A stretch of 64,000 bases of DNA from Nevskia sp. (GTDB taxonomy: Bacteria > Pseudomonadota > Gammaproteobacteria > Nevskiales > Nevskiaceae): the NCBI GenBank assembly GCA_028291645.1, contig JAQGNU010000190.1, positions 3,113 through 67,112 of the forward strand, given 5' to 3'. Both the position numbers and the translations under genes were made by a program. How positions within the stretch are numbered: position 1 is the stretch's first letter; each line of letters starts with the position of its first letter. Of this stretch, positions 17,218 to 26,032 are shown piece by piece. The notes beneath the pieces are model-generated. The model did no database searches. It was not told the DNA's origin and saw only the letters and a program-made list of their open reading frames with translations.

Positions 17218-17636
17218 GCGGCGGTCGCGGTGACCGGATGGCGCACCAGCACCACCTGCCGGGAGCGCCCGGCGATGCTGCCATCCTGCTTGCTGATGAC
17301 GGATTCGATGACGATGAACTCCATCACGCCGTTCTTCTTCTCGTACAGGTCGGTGACCGAACGCGACACGCTCAGGCGCTCGCCGGCGACGATCGGCACC
17401 AGGTAGTCGAACTGCTGTTCTGCATGCAGCACGCGGCGCAGATCGACGTTCAGCGCTTCGAGAATCGCGCGCGAACTGCCGTGCTCTCCTTCGATTGCCT
17501 TCATGAAAGTCGGTGGCGCCAGTCCGCTCCCCGCATCCGCTCCGATCGCAGCGGCAAACTCGGCCAGACGCTCGGGCTCGACGGTCACATCGAATGTCGG
17601 CAACGTGTAGCCGAGGTGGCGCCGGTCGATCGCCAT
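17214..17636 (-). CDS. MaoC N-terminal-type / FAS1-like dehydratase hot-dog subunit (partner of 16801-17217)
   Basis: 140-aa hot-dog-sized ORF: RRHLGYTLPTFDVTVEPERLAEFAAAIG...PPTFM...LHAEQQFDY. It shares boundary nucleotides with the genes on both sides. Confidence 0.78.
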   Translation of the reverse strand: MAIDRRHLGYTLPTFDVTVEPERLAEFAAAIGADAGSGLAPPTFMKAIEGEHGSSRAILEALNVDLRRVLHAEQQFDYLVPIVAGERLSVSRSVTDLYEKKNGVMEFIVIESVISKQDGSIAGRSRQVVLVRHPVTATAA

Positions 17637-18934
17637 TACGCCGCCGCGAGCTGCGCCGTCGCAAAGAATTCGTCGAAACCGCTCGGCAAAGCGAACAGCC
17701 CGGCACTATGCGTCTGTGCGGCGATTGCGCGCGTGCGCAACTCGCCTGCACCGCACTGCAGCGCATAGTTGAGCGGTCCACCGGTGTAAGCCGGGTGCAG
17801 GCCTTCGGCGACGACCGCCGCATCCGCCAGTTCCGGCTCGGCGATGCTGCCGGAACTCCAGACCGAGATTGCGGCGAGCGCTACCGCCAGCAGCAGATCG
17901 TCATCGGAGACTGCCAGCTCGCGTGCTTCGCGCGCCGCACTGCGCAGCCGCGGCAGCAGCGCTCCTGCGCCGCGGCCGAATTCACTTTCCGGTCCGAGCA
18001 GACCGAGTTTCTGCGCCTTCTGCCGATTGAGGAACAGCGCGCGCACCATGTTGCCGGCGACGCGGTCCTGGATCAGTTTGACGAAGCAATCCATTTCCCA
18101 ACGGAAAGCTTCATCGAATGAGCGAGTCCAGCCGCCGATCACGCAGGACAGGATGGCTTCGTAGGCGGGATAGCGTGCGCGCTGCTGTGCACTGACGCCG
18201 ACCGCCTGCAGGATCGTCGTGAAGACCTTGGCCTGTGCGAAGTCGTAAGGCGCCTCGCTGAATGTGCTGCCGGGTTTGTCCCAAGGCGCCTGCGGGGGCG
18301 AGAGGCTTGCGTTCCGCGCGATGTCCTTGGCGGTTGCGATCAACTGTGTGCGATCGACGAGGTGGTCGACCAGTTTCAGTTCCAGTGCGCGGCGTGCGTC
18401 GACCGAACTGCCGAGCAGCAACATCCGCAGACCTGCTTGCGCGCCGATCAGGCGCGGCAGCCGCTGCGTGCCGCCGGCACCGGGCAGCAGGCCGAGCTTC
18501 ACTTCGGGCAATCCGAGTTGCACCGCGTCGTCATCCGCGGCGACGCGGACATGGCAGGCCATCGACAACTCGAGTCCGCCGCCGAGCGCGAGGCCGTTGA
18601 TCGCAGCGACGTAGGGCTTACGGCTTTTCTCGAGGCGCCGGAACAGGCGGCCGAGATGTCCGCAGAGCTGATGCAACTGTACGGCGCTATCGGTGCGTGC
18701 GGCTTCGGTGTACTGGCGGATCATCTCCAGATCGGCACCGGCCAGAAACGCTTGCTTGCCCGAAGTCAGCACCACCGCGTTCACGGCCGCATTCGATTCG
18801 ACGAAGTCGAGCAGCGCTTCCAGCGAATCCATCATGCTTGCGGAGAACACGTTCATCGAACGTCCCGGCATGTCGATGCTGGCGAGCAGGACGCCGTCGT
18901 CGTCGAGCGAGGTGATGATGTTGACGTCTTTCAT
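17636..18934 (-). CDS. Enoyl-CoA hydratase/isomerase domain fused to FadB-type C-terminal helical domains, with no recognisable NAD-binding Rossmann domain
   Basis: Real start is MKDVNIITSLDDDGVLLASIDMP...LTSGKQAFLAGADL (crotonase fold). The C-terminal half (RYPAYEAILSCV...FRWEMDCFVKL...NMVRALFLNR...TGGPLNYALQCG) resembles the FadB/FadJ linker and C-terminal domains. Confidence 0.78.
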   Translation of the reverse strand: MKDVNIITSLDDDGVLLASIDMPGRSMNVFSASMMDSLEALLDFVESNAAVNAVVLTSGKQAFLAGADLEMIRQYTEAARTDSAVQLHQLCGHLGRLFRRLEKSRKPYVAAINGLALGGGLELSMACHVRVAADDDAVQLGLPEVKLGLLPGAGGTQRLPRLIGAQAGLRMLLLGSSVDARRALELKLVDHLVDRTQLIATAKDIARNASLSPPQAPWDKPGSTFSEAPYDFAQAKVFTTILQAVGVSAQQRARYPAYEAILSCVIGGWTRSFDEAFRWEMDCFVKLIQDRVAGNMVRALFLNRQKAQKLGLLGPESEFGRGAGALLPRLRSAAREARELAVSDDDLLLAVALAAISVWSSGSIAEPELADAAVVAEGLHPAYTGGPLNYALQCGAGELRTRAIAAQTHSAGLFALPSGFDEFFATAQLAAA

Positions 18935-18975
18935 GGGCAAGGTGTTGTGCGGTGGACGATCGGGAGCGAACGGAG

Positions 18976-19767
18976 TCAGACGTACTTCTTGAAGTCCGGC
19001 TTGCGCTTTTCGTTGAAGGCGCGCACGCCTTCGCGCGATTCTTCGCTCTGGTAGTAGCCCTTCACTGCAGCCACACCGAGGAAGCTGATGCCGCGGATGT
19101 TCTCGCTGTCGGCGTTGAACGAACGCTTGGCGATGGCGATGGCGGTCGGGCTCATCAGGTTGATTTCGGCGGCCCAGGCTTCGCACTCCGCATCGAGCTG
19201 GTCATGCGGCACGACCTTGTTGACCAGGCCCATCTCCAATGCCTGCTGGGCGCTGTAGCGGCGGCACAGGAACCAGATTTCGCGTGCTTTTTTCTCGCCG
19301 ACCATGCGCGAGAGATAAGCAGTGCCGAAGCCCGGATCGACCGAACCGACCTTGGGACCGACCTGGCCGAACTGCGCTTTCTCCGACGCCAGGGTCAGAT
19401 CGCACAGTGTTGCGAACACATTGCCGCCGCCGATGGCGAAGCCTTGCACGCGTGCGATGGTGACCTTGCGGATGTCGCGGATCGCCGTCTGCAGTTCCTC
19501 AATCGGCAGGCCGACGGTGCCGCGCGGACCGTACAGTCCGTCTTCCGAAAGATGCACTTTCTGATCGCCGCCGGTGCAGAACGCCTTGTCGCCGGCGCCG
19601 CCGAAGATCACGCTGTTGACCGACTTCTCTTCGTCGGCGCGACGGAACGCGAGGATCAGTTCTTCGACCGTCTGCGCGCGGAAGGCGTTGAACACTTCCG
19701 GACGATTGATCGTGATGCGGACAGCGTTCTCGCCGACTTCGTATTTGATGTCTTTGTATTCGGTCAT
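18976..19767 (-). CDS. MenB-family crotonase, BadI-like (2-ketocyclohexanecarboxyl-CoA hydrolase-like)
   Basis: MTEYKDIKYEV...AFCTGGDQKV...RGTVGLPIEELQTAIRDI...ARVQGFAIGGGNVFATLCDL...FGQVGPKVGSVDPGFGTAYL...EKRKPDFKKYV. GGAG lies 8 nt before the ATG at 19767. Confidence 0.85.
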   Translation of the reverse strand: MTEYKDIKYEVGENAVRITINRPEVFNAFRAQTVEELILAFRRADEEKSVNSVIFGGAGDKAFCTGGDQKVHLSEDGLYGPRGTVGLPIEELQTAIRDIRKVTIARVQGFAIGGGNVFATLCDLTLASEKAQFGQVGPKVGSVDPGFGTAYLSRMVGEKKAREIWFLCRRYSAQQALEMGLVNKVVPHDQLDAECEAWAAEINLMSPTAIAIAKRSFNADSENIRGISFLGVAAVKGYYQSEESREGVRAFNEKRKPDFKKYV

Positions 19768-19916
19768 GGCTTGCTCCGGGGTTTGCTTGTAAGAGAATTC
19801 TTTTCCGTTGGCGCTCGTGCTGCCATCCATGGCGAGACGGCTGCCTTTATCTGAACGCCGGCCATTCAGCGCCGGGCGTTCGGAAAGCGTGGATGCCATC
19901 GGCATCTGCACTTTCC

Positions 19917-20684
19917 TCACCCATGCATCGACAGGCCGCCGGAGATGCTGATGGTCTGGCCGGTCATGAAGCTGGCATCGTCGCTGGCGAGGAATGCCAC
20001 CAGTCCAGGATAGTCGTCCGGCTCGCCGATGCGGCCGAGTGGCACGCCGCGCACCATCGCATCACGGATCTTCTGGCCGGCCTCGCCGGTGCCGACGAAG
20101 GCATCCATCGCCGGCGTATTGGTCGGTCCCGGGCACACGCAGTTGAGCAGCACGTTGTTGCGCGACACTTCGCGCGCGAGTGCTTTCGCGAATGCGATCG
20201 TCGCGCCCTTGCAGCCGGAATACACCACTTCGCCCGAGGAGCCGACACGGCCGGCATCCGACGCGATGAAGATGATGCGTCCGCCGTTGCGCTTGACCAT
20301 GCCCGGTGCGACAGCGTGCGTCAGATGCAGCGGCCCCATGTAATTGATGTTGACAACCTTCTGCCAGAAGTCCGGCGTGGTCTTGAGGAACGGGATCGGC
20401 TGATCCCAGCCGGCGTTATTGACCAGCGCCCAGGTCGGTCCCAGGCGCTCCTCCAGCTTTTCCACAGCGACCTGCACGCTGCGATAGTGGGTGATGTCGC
20501 AGCATTCGGCATCGGCCTTGCCGCCGGCGGCGCTGATCAACTCGACCGTCTTCGCCGCAGCTTCGGTGTTGATGTCGAGCACGCCGACCACCATTCCTTC
20601 TTCCGCGAGGCGAAGGGCAATCGCTCGTCCGATGCCGCTGCCGGCGCCCGTGACGAGGGCAACTCGATCTTTCAAACCGCGCAA
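19917..20684 (-). CDS. SDR, BadH-like (2-hydroxycyclohexanecarboxyl-CoA dehydrogenase-like / FabG-like)
   Basis: VALVTGAGSGIGRAIALRL...LVNNAGWDQPIPFLKT...IASDAGRVGSSGEVVYSGCKGA...GQTISISGGLSMHG. Confidence 0.88.
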   Translation of the reverse strand: MRGLKDRVALVTGAGSGIGRAIALRLAEEGMVVGVLDINTEAAAKTVELISAAGGKADAECCDITHYRSVQVAVEKLEERLGPTWALVNNAGWDQPIPFLKTTPDFWQKVVNINYMGPLHLTHAVAPGMVKRNGGRIIFIASDAGRVGSSGEVVYSGCKGATIAFAKALAREVSRNNVLLNCVCPGPTNTPAMDAFVGTGEAGQKIRDAMVRGVPLGRIGEPDDYPGLVAFLASDDASFMTGQTISISGGLSMHG

Positions 20685-20737
20685 TGTCTTCTCCTGATTA
20701 AACAGCTGAATTGGAGCTTGGAACCAAAAGGTGCGGC

Positions 20738-20766
20738 ATTATAGTATGCTGCCATACTAAAATCCA
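20738..20766. promoter_or_regulatory. Candidate operator TAGTATG-CTGC-CATACTA (20742-20759) embedded in two overlapping divergent promoters: -10 TATAAT on the minus strand (20738-20743) and -10 TAAAAT on the plus strand (20758-20763)
   Basis: Read directly from the sequence: cATTATAGTATGCTGCCATACTAAAATcc. It lies in the 182-bp divergent region between the BadH-like operon and the TAG operon. Confidence 0.6.
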
Positions 20767-20866
20767 CAGACCCGATGTAGCAGCGTGACTTTAGGGCTAC
20801 GCGGCGGCTCCAGCCAGAGAAGCCGGGTCCAGGCGCCACGACTGGTGCGACGACGTTGAACTTGGG

Positions 20867-21736
20867 GTGAGTATGAGCATAGCGGTGCTGCACCAGGAGA
20901 GCCCGCCGGAGGTCGATGTATATGAGCAGGGTTCGGGTTCGACGCTGGTGCTGCTGCACGGACTCAGCGGCACCTGGCATATCTGGAAGCCGGTGCTCGA
21001 TCGGCTGCAGGCCTACCATCACGTGATTGCACCGACGCTACCGGGACATCGCGGGGGACCGCCGATGCCGGCAGGCGTGGAGCCGACGGTGGCGGCGATG
21101 GCCGATCTGCTGATCGCCACTTTCGCCGCACGTGGTATCCATTCCGCGCACGTTGTGGGGAACTCTCTGGGCGGCTGGCTGGCGCTCGAACTGGCGCGGC
21201 GCGGATTCGCCAGGTCCGTCGTGGTGTTTTCACCGGCCGGTGCCTGGCGGCGCCCGCAGGATTATCGCGACGTGTCGCGGCCCTTCAGCATCTTCTTCGT
21301 GCTGATGCCGCTACTGTTGATGCTGACCACCCTGTTTCTCGGATTCGCCTGGCTGCGACGCGCGCTCGGCCGGCAGACCATGGAGCACGCCGAACGCATC
21401 GCGCCGACGGACTTCCGCGACTCGCTGTCGGCGTTCAGCAAGACCACGGTGCTGCCGACGCTGCTGCGCACGATGGGCCGCGATGGCCCGATCGCGGGAA
21501 TCGATGCGCCCGGTACTCCGATCCGCATCGTCTGGGGCGAGCAGGATCGCGTGATTCCGTTCGAGCGCTACGGGCGGCCGATGCTCGAGCGCGTTCCGGC
21601 AGCGGAATGCCTGCACCTGGCCGGCGTCGGTCATGTGCCGATGTATGACGACCCGGCGAAAGTGGCGCAGGCGATTCTCGACGTCACCACCGCCGCGGAT
21701 GCGAGCGCAATGGCGTTGCCCGCAGGTGCTGCGTGA
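20867..21736 (+). CDS. Alpha/beta-fold hydrolase (alternative start ATG 20873)
   Basis: LVLLHGLSGTWHIW...VVGNSLGGWLALELA (nucleophile elbow)...AGVGHVPMYDDP. Confidence 0.85.
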   Translation: MSMSIAVLHQESPPEVDVYEQGSGSTLVLLHGLSGTWHIWKPVLDRLQAYHHVIAPTLPGHRGGPPMPAGVEPTVAAMADLLIATFAARGIHSAHVVGNSLGGWLALELARRGFARSVVVFSPAGAWRRPQDYRDVSRPFSIFFVLMPLLLMLTTLFLGFAWLRRALGRQTMEHAERIAPTDFRDSLSAFSKTTVLPTLLRTMGRDGPIAGIDAPGTPIRIVWGEQDRVIPFERYGRPMLERVPAAECLHLAGVGHVPMYDDPAKVAQAILDVTTAADASAMALPAGAA

Positions 21737-23577
21737 ACGGCAGCCTGTCTTCGATACTGCGCTCGCGCAAGAGCTATGCGCGGGAAGTGCTGAAAACAGA
21801 TCGCTTCCGCAAGCAGTTGGAATTACTCGCACGCCGCCTGAAGCGGCCACTCGACGAGGTCAAGGCCGAGGCCACGATCGGGCTCGAAGAGATCGTCACC
21901 GTGCAGAACCCGATGTATAGCGCGATGTTCGACCACGGTCTCGGACCGATGCATACGCGCGCCTGGACGGTCGCAGCCGATCGCGATGAATTGCGGCATC
22001 TGAAGCGTTTGAACGCCAAAAATCCCTTGGTCTTCCTGCCGACACACCGCTCCTATGCGGATGCCTTCATCCTGACCAAGGTGTTGCGCGAGAACGGTCT
22101 GCCGCGCAATCACATCCTTGGCGGCAACAACCTCGGCTTCTTTCCGCTCGGCACCATCATCCGTCGCGCCGGCGGTGTGCTGGTGCGGCGCAGCTTCAAG
22201 GACGACGAGGTCTACAAACTGGTCGTGCGCGAGTATCTCGGCTATCTCGTCGCGCAGGGCCGCAACCTTGAGTGGTACATGGAGGGCGGCCGCTCGCGCA
22301 CCGGCAAGCTGCGGCCGCCGAAGTACGGCCTGCTGCGATATCTGGTCGACGCCATTGAAAGCGGCGTCGCCAAGGACATGCTGTTGGTGCCGGTTGCGAT
22401 CACCTACGACCAGTTACACGAAGTCGGCGTGATGGCCGCCGAGGAGGCCGGTACCGCGAAGACCCAGGAAGGCCTGCGCTGGCTCGCGGGTTATGCGCGC
22501 GGCCAGCAGAAATGGATCGGTACCGCATTCGTGCGTTTCGGTGAAGCGCTGTCGTTGCGCGAAGCACTGCAGCGCGCCGACAGTGAATCCGGCGGCAGCA
22601 AGTGGACGGTCGAGAAGATTGCGTTCGAAGTGTTCCAGCGGATCAACCGGGTCACGCCGGTCACCGCACCGGCGCTGGTCACGCTGGCGCTGCTCGGTGT
22701 GCGCGATCGTGCGTTGACCTTGCCCGAAGTGCGCGGACTGGTCGATCCGCTGCTCGAATTCGCAGTACAGCGCGGCTTCCCGTCGGGCCAGCTCGAATCG
22801 CTCAACGACGATACCGGTCTGCTCGGCACGCTGGCCGCGCTGGCGAAGTCGGGCGTCGTGCGTTGTCACGAGAGCGGTGCGGAGCCGGTCTATGGCATCA
22901 ACCCCGGACAGCACTCGGTCGCTGCGTTCTATCGCAACAGCGCGATCCACTGGTTCGTCAATCGCGCGCTCACCGAGCTGGCGCTGGTGAGCGTCGACGG
23001 CAGTGTTGACGGCGATCCCCTGCAGCTGGCCTGGGAAAAGGCATTCGCTTTGCGCGACCTGCTGAAGTTCGATTTCTTCTTCAGTGACCGCCAGACCTTC
23101 CGCGACGAGATCAAGACCGAAGCGCGCCTGCTCGATGCCGAATTTCGCGACCACGTGGCCACTCCGCGCGCGCGCCGGCAGCTGTTGCGCAAGGCGCCGT
23201 TCCTGATCGCGCATCGCGTGCTGCCGGCGTTTCTCGAGGCGTACTTCATCGTCGCGGAGCGGCTCGCCATGCGGCCCGCCAATCAGCCGGTCGATCAGGA
23301 GGCGCTGGTCAACGAGTGCTACGGCGTCGGCCGTCAATATTTGCTGCAGCACCGTCTGCACAGTCCTGAAGCGATTTCCCGCGAGCTCTATCGCAATGCC
23401 TTGTTGCTGGCTGCCAATCGCGGCCTGCTGCCGAAAACGGTTGCCGAGGATGCCGGGCAACTCGACGAACTCGCGCTGCGTCGGCGTGCATTCGCGACCG
23501 AACTGGAGATGGCGGTGAAGGCCGTCAATGCAATCGACGAACTCGAGCAATCGCGTCTGAAGCTGGAGCTGGAATGA
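21733..23577 (+). CDS. PlsB-like glycerol-3-phosphate acyltransferase (short actinobacterial/proteobacterial type)
   Basis: Acyltransferase blocks FLPTHRSYADAF (HX4D), GGNNLGFFPLGTIIRRAGGVLVRRSF, YMEGGRSRTGKL and VPVAITYD. The GTG start overlaps the upstream stop codon (GTGA). Confidence 0.85.
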   Translation: MNGSLSSILRSRKSYAREVLKTDRFRKQLELLARRLKRPLDEVKAEATIGLEEIVTVQNPMYSAMFDHGLGPMHTRAWTVAADRDELRHLKRLNAKNPLVFLPTHRSYADAFILTKVLRENGLPRNHILGGNNLGFFPLGTIIRRAGGVLVRRSFKDDEVYKLVVREYLGYLVAQGRNLEWYMEGGRSRTGKLRPPKYGLLRYLVDAIESGVAKDMLLVPVAITYDQLHEVGVMAAEEAGTAKTQEGLRWLAGYARGQQKWIGTAFVRFGEALSLREALQRADSESGGSKWTVEKIAFEVFQRINRVTPVTAPALVTLALLGVRDRALTLPEVRGLVDPLLEFAVQRGFPSGQLESLNDDTGLLGTLAALAKSGVVRCHESGAEPVYGINPGQHSVAAFYRNSAIHWFVNRALTELALVSVDGSVDGDPLQLAWEKAFALRDLLKFDFFFSDRQTFRDEIKTEARLLDAEFRDHVATPRARRQLLRKAPFLIAHRVLPAFLEAYFIVAERLAMRPANQPVDQEALVNECYGVGRQYLLQHRLHSPEAISRELYRNALLLAANRGLLPKTVAEDAGQLDELALRRRAFATELEMAVKAVNAIDELEQSRLKLELE

Positions 23578-25028
23578 CGTATACGATGGACGAAGCCGTT
23601 GCGGCCATCATGGCCGCGCCTCAAGGCCCAGAGGTCTGTGCGTTCTTTGACTTCGACGGCACGCTGATCGACAGCTATTCCGCGACTGCGTACTTCACCG
23701 ACCGCGTGCGCTCCGGCGAAGCCGACTGGCGCGAGATTGCCGGCATGCTGAAGCTGCTGATGCACGGCGAACTCAGCGACGAGGAGTTCAAGCAGGTCAT
23801 CAGCAATGGCGTGCTTGACTGGGCCGGGCGCACCGAGACCGATATGCAGACGCTGTGGACGCGCCTGTTCAAGGAGAAGATCTCCGACTGGCTGTTTCCA
23901 GAAGCCTGGCGGCTGGTGCAGGCGCACAAGCGGAGGGGTCATACGATTGTGATCGCATCGTCCGCCACGCCCTACCAAGCGGCGCCGCTGGCGGCGGAGA
24001 TGGGGATCAAGCATCTCCTGTGCACCCAGCCGATGATCCGCAACGGCAAGCTCACCGGCGGCATCGTCGGCGAACCGCTGTGGGGCGAGGGCAAGGCCAA
24101 TGCGGTGAAGAAGTTCGCGAAAGCGCACAAGATTTCGCTCAAAGCTTGCTACGCCTATGCCAACGGCAACGAGGACGTGCCGTTCCTGAAGACCGTCGGA
24201 CATGCCACCGCGGTCAATGCCAAGGAAGCGCTGACGCACGTCGCAGGCGAGCGGGGCTGGCCGCAGCTGCGCTTCGAACGACGTAGCAAGACATCGCTGT
24301 CTGCAGTGGCAAGGACCGTCGGCGCGTATGGTGCGATGGCGGCCAGCTTCGTGATCGGTCTCGGCTATGCCAAGGCCACCGGCAAGACGCGCCGCGCGGT
24401 CGACATGATCAGCGCGGTGGGCAGCGACTGGGGGCTTGCAGTCGCCGGCATCGAGGTTGAAGTGCAGGGTGAACATAATCTTTGGGCACAACGTCCGGCG
24501 GTGTTCCTGCTGAATCACCAGAGCAAGCTGGATTTCTTCGTGATGATGTACATCACGCGGCGTGGCTTCACCGGTGTGGCAAAAAAGGAAGCTGCGAATA
24601 CGCCCGGCTTCGGCCCGTTCATGCGCATGGCCGATATGGTGTTCATCGACCGCGCCAACGTCGCCCACGCGCGCGAAGCCTTGTCGCCGGTGGTCGAGAA
24701 GATCAAGGCTGGCTTGTGCCTGTGCATCGCGCCCGAGGGCACGCGCTCATGCTCGCCGCGGATCGGCCTGTTCAAGAAAGGCGCGTTCCATATCGCGCGC
24801 CAGGCCGGTGTGCCGGTGGTGCCGGTGGTGATCCGCAACGCCGCCGAAATGATGTCGCGCAACGGCCAGAGTTTTCGCCCCGGCAAGGTCCAGGTCGCCG
24901 TGCTGCCGCCGATCGATGTGCAGGGCTGGAAGTTGTCCGAGATGGACGAAAAGGTTGCCGAGGTGCGGCAGCTGTTCGTTGACACACTCGATCGCTGGCC
25001 TGGCGAAACTTTCGGAGCGCAACGGTGA
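23574..25028 (+). CDS. Bifunctional HAD-IB phosphatase domain + 1-acyl-sn-glycerol-3-phosphate acyltransferase (PlsC) domain
   Basis: HAD motifs FFDFDGTLID, VIASSAT and GEGKA...ANGNEDVPF. PlsC motifs LLNHQSKLDFF (HX4D), FIDR, IAPEGTRS and PVVPVVI. ATGA overlap with the upstream gene. Confidence 0.9.
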   Translation: MTYTMDEAVAAIMAAPQGPEVCAFFDFDGTLIDSYSATAYFTDRVRSGEADWREIAGMLKLLMHGELSDEEFKQVISNGVLDWAGRTETDMQTLWTRLFKEKISDWLFPEAWRLVQAHKRRGHTIVIASSATPYQAAPLAAEMGIKHLLCTQPMIRNGKLTGGIVGEPLWGEGKANAVKKFAKAHKISLKACYAYANGNEDVPFLKTVGHATAVNAKEALTHVAGERGWPQLRFERRSKTSLSAVARTVGAYGAMAASFVIGLGYAKATGKTRRAVDMISAVGSDWGLAVAGIEVEVQGEHNLWAQRPAVFLLNHQSKLDFFVMMYITRRGFTGVAKKEAANTPGFGPFMRMADMVFIDRANVAHAREALSPVVEKIKAGLCLCIAPEGTRSCSPRIGLFKKGAFHIARQAGVPVVPVVIRNAAEMMSRNGQSFRPGKVQVAVLPPIDVQGWKLSEMDEKVAEVRQLFVDTLDRWPGETFGAQR

Positions 25029-26032
25029 AGCGGCTCAAGCGCGTCACCGTGCTCGGCGGTGGTTCCTGGGGCACCACTGTCGCTTCGCTGGTCAGCGCGA
25101 ACGCCGCGACGACGCTGTGGATACGCAACGAAGAAGCCGCAGAGCAGGTCAACCGCGAGCATCGCAATCCACGCTATCTCGGCGAACTGGCGCTACATGC
25201 GGGCCTGCGCGCGACGGCTTCGCTGCAGGAGGCCTTGTCCGATTGCGACGTGCTGGTGCTGGGCGTGCCCTCGCACGCGATGCGCGAAATCCTGCGCGAT
25301 TGCGCGCCGATCCTGCGTCCCTGGGTGCCGGTGATCAGTCTCGCCAAGGGGCTCGAACAGGGTAGCCATCGACGCATGACCCAGATCATCAACGAAGAAT
25401 TGCCGGGTCATCCGGCGGGCGTATTGGCGGGTCCCAACATTGCGCGCGAGGTGTTGCAGGGAATGGCCGCTGCTGCGGTGATCGCGATGACCGACGAGCA
25501 GGTCGGACGCGCGCTGCAGCCGCTGTTCGGCAGCCGCGTATTCCGCGTCTATCTGAATACCGACGTGATCGGCTGCGAACTCGGCGGCCCGCTGAAGAAC
25601 GTCATCGCGATTTCAGCCGGCATGGGCGATGGCCTCGGCGTCGGCCACAACACGCGCTCGTTGGTCATCACGCGCGGCCTGGCCGAGATTACGCGCCTGG
25701 GTGTCGCGCTCGGCGGCCGCGCCGAAAGCTTCGCCGGCCTTACCGGTCTCGGCGATCTGCTGACGACCTGCATGAGCCCGTTGTCGCGCAACCGCCAGGT
25801 TGGCGAGCGGCTCGCGCACGGCGAAAGCATTCCACAAATCGTCACCTCGATGCACATGGTCGCTGAGGGCATCAAGACCAGTACGGTGGTGATGGAACTG
25901 GCAGAAAAGTATCAGCTGAAGTTGCCGATCGCGGCCGAAGTCTCGGGTGTGGTCAAGGGCGAACGCACGGTTGCACAGGCGTTCCGGGGCTTGCGCGGCA
26001 TCGCGCCCGGTTCGGAACACGAGGCGGCGTGA
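25025..26032 (+). CDS. gpsA: NAD(P)H-dependent glycerol-3-phosphate dehydrogenase
   Basis: VTVLGGGSWGTTVA...NPRYL...LAKGLE...GPNIAREV...PLKNVIAISAGM...NRQVGERLAHG. GTGA overlap with the upstream gene. Confidence 0.93.
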   Translation: MKRLKRVTVLGGGSWGTTVASLVSANAATTLWIRNEEAAEQVNREHRNPRYLGELALHAGLRATASLQEALSDCDVLVLGVPSHAMREILRDCAPILRPWVPVISLAKGLEQGSHRRMTQIINEELPGHPAGVLAGPNIAREVLQGMAAAAVIAMTDEQVGRALQPLFGSRVFRVYLNTDVIGCELGGPLKNVIAISAGMGDGLGVGHNTRSLVITRGLAEITRLGVALGGRAESFAGLTGLGDLLTTCMSPLSRNRQVGERLAHGESIPQIVTSMHMVAEGIKTSTVVMELAEKYQLKLPIAAEVSGVVKGERTVAQAFRGLRGIAPGSEHEAA

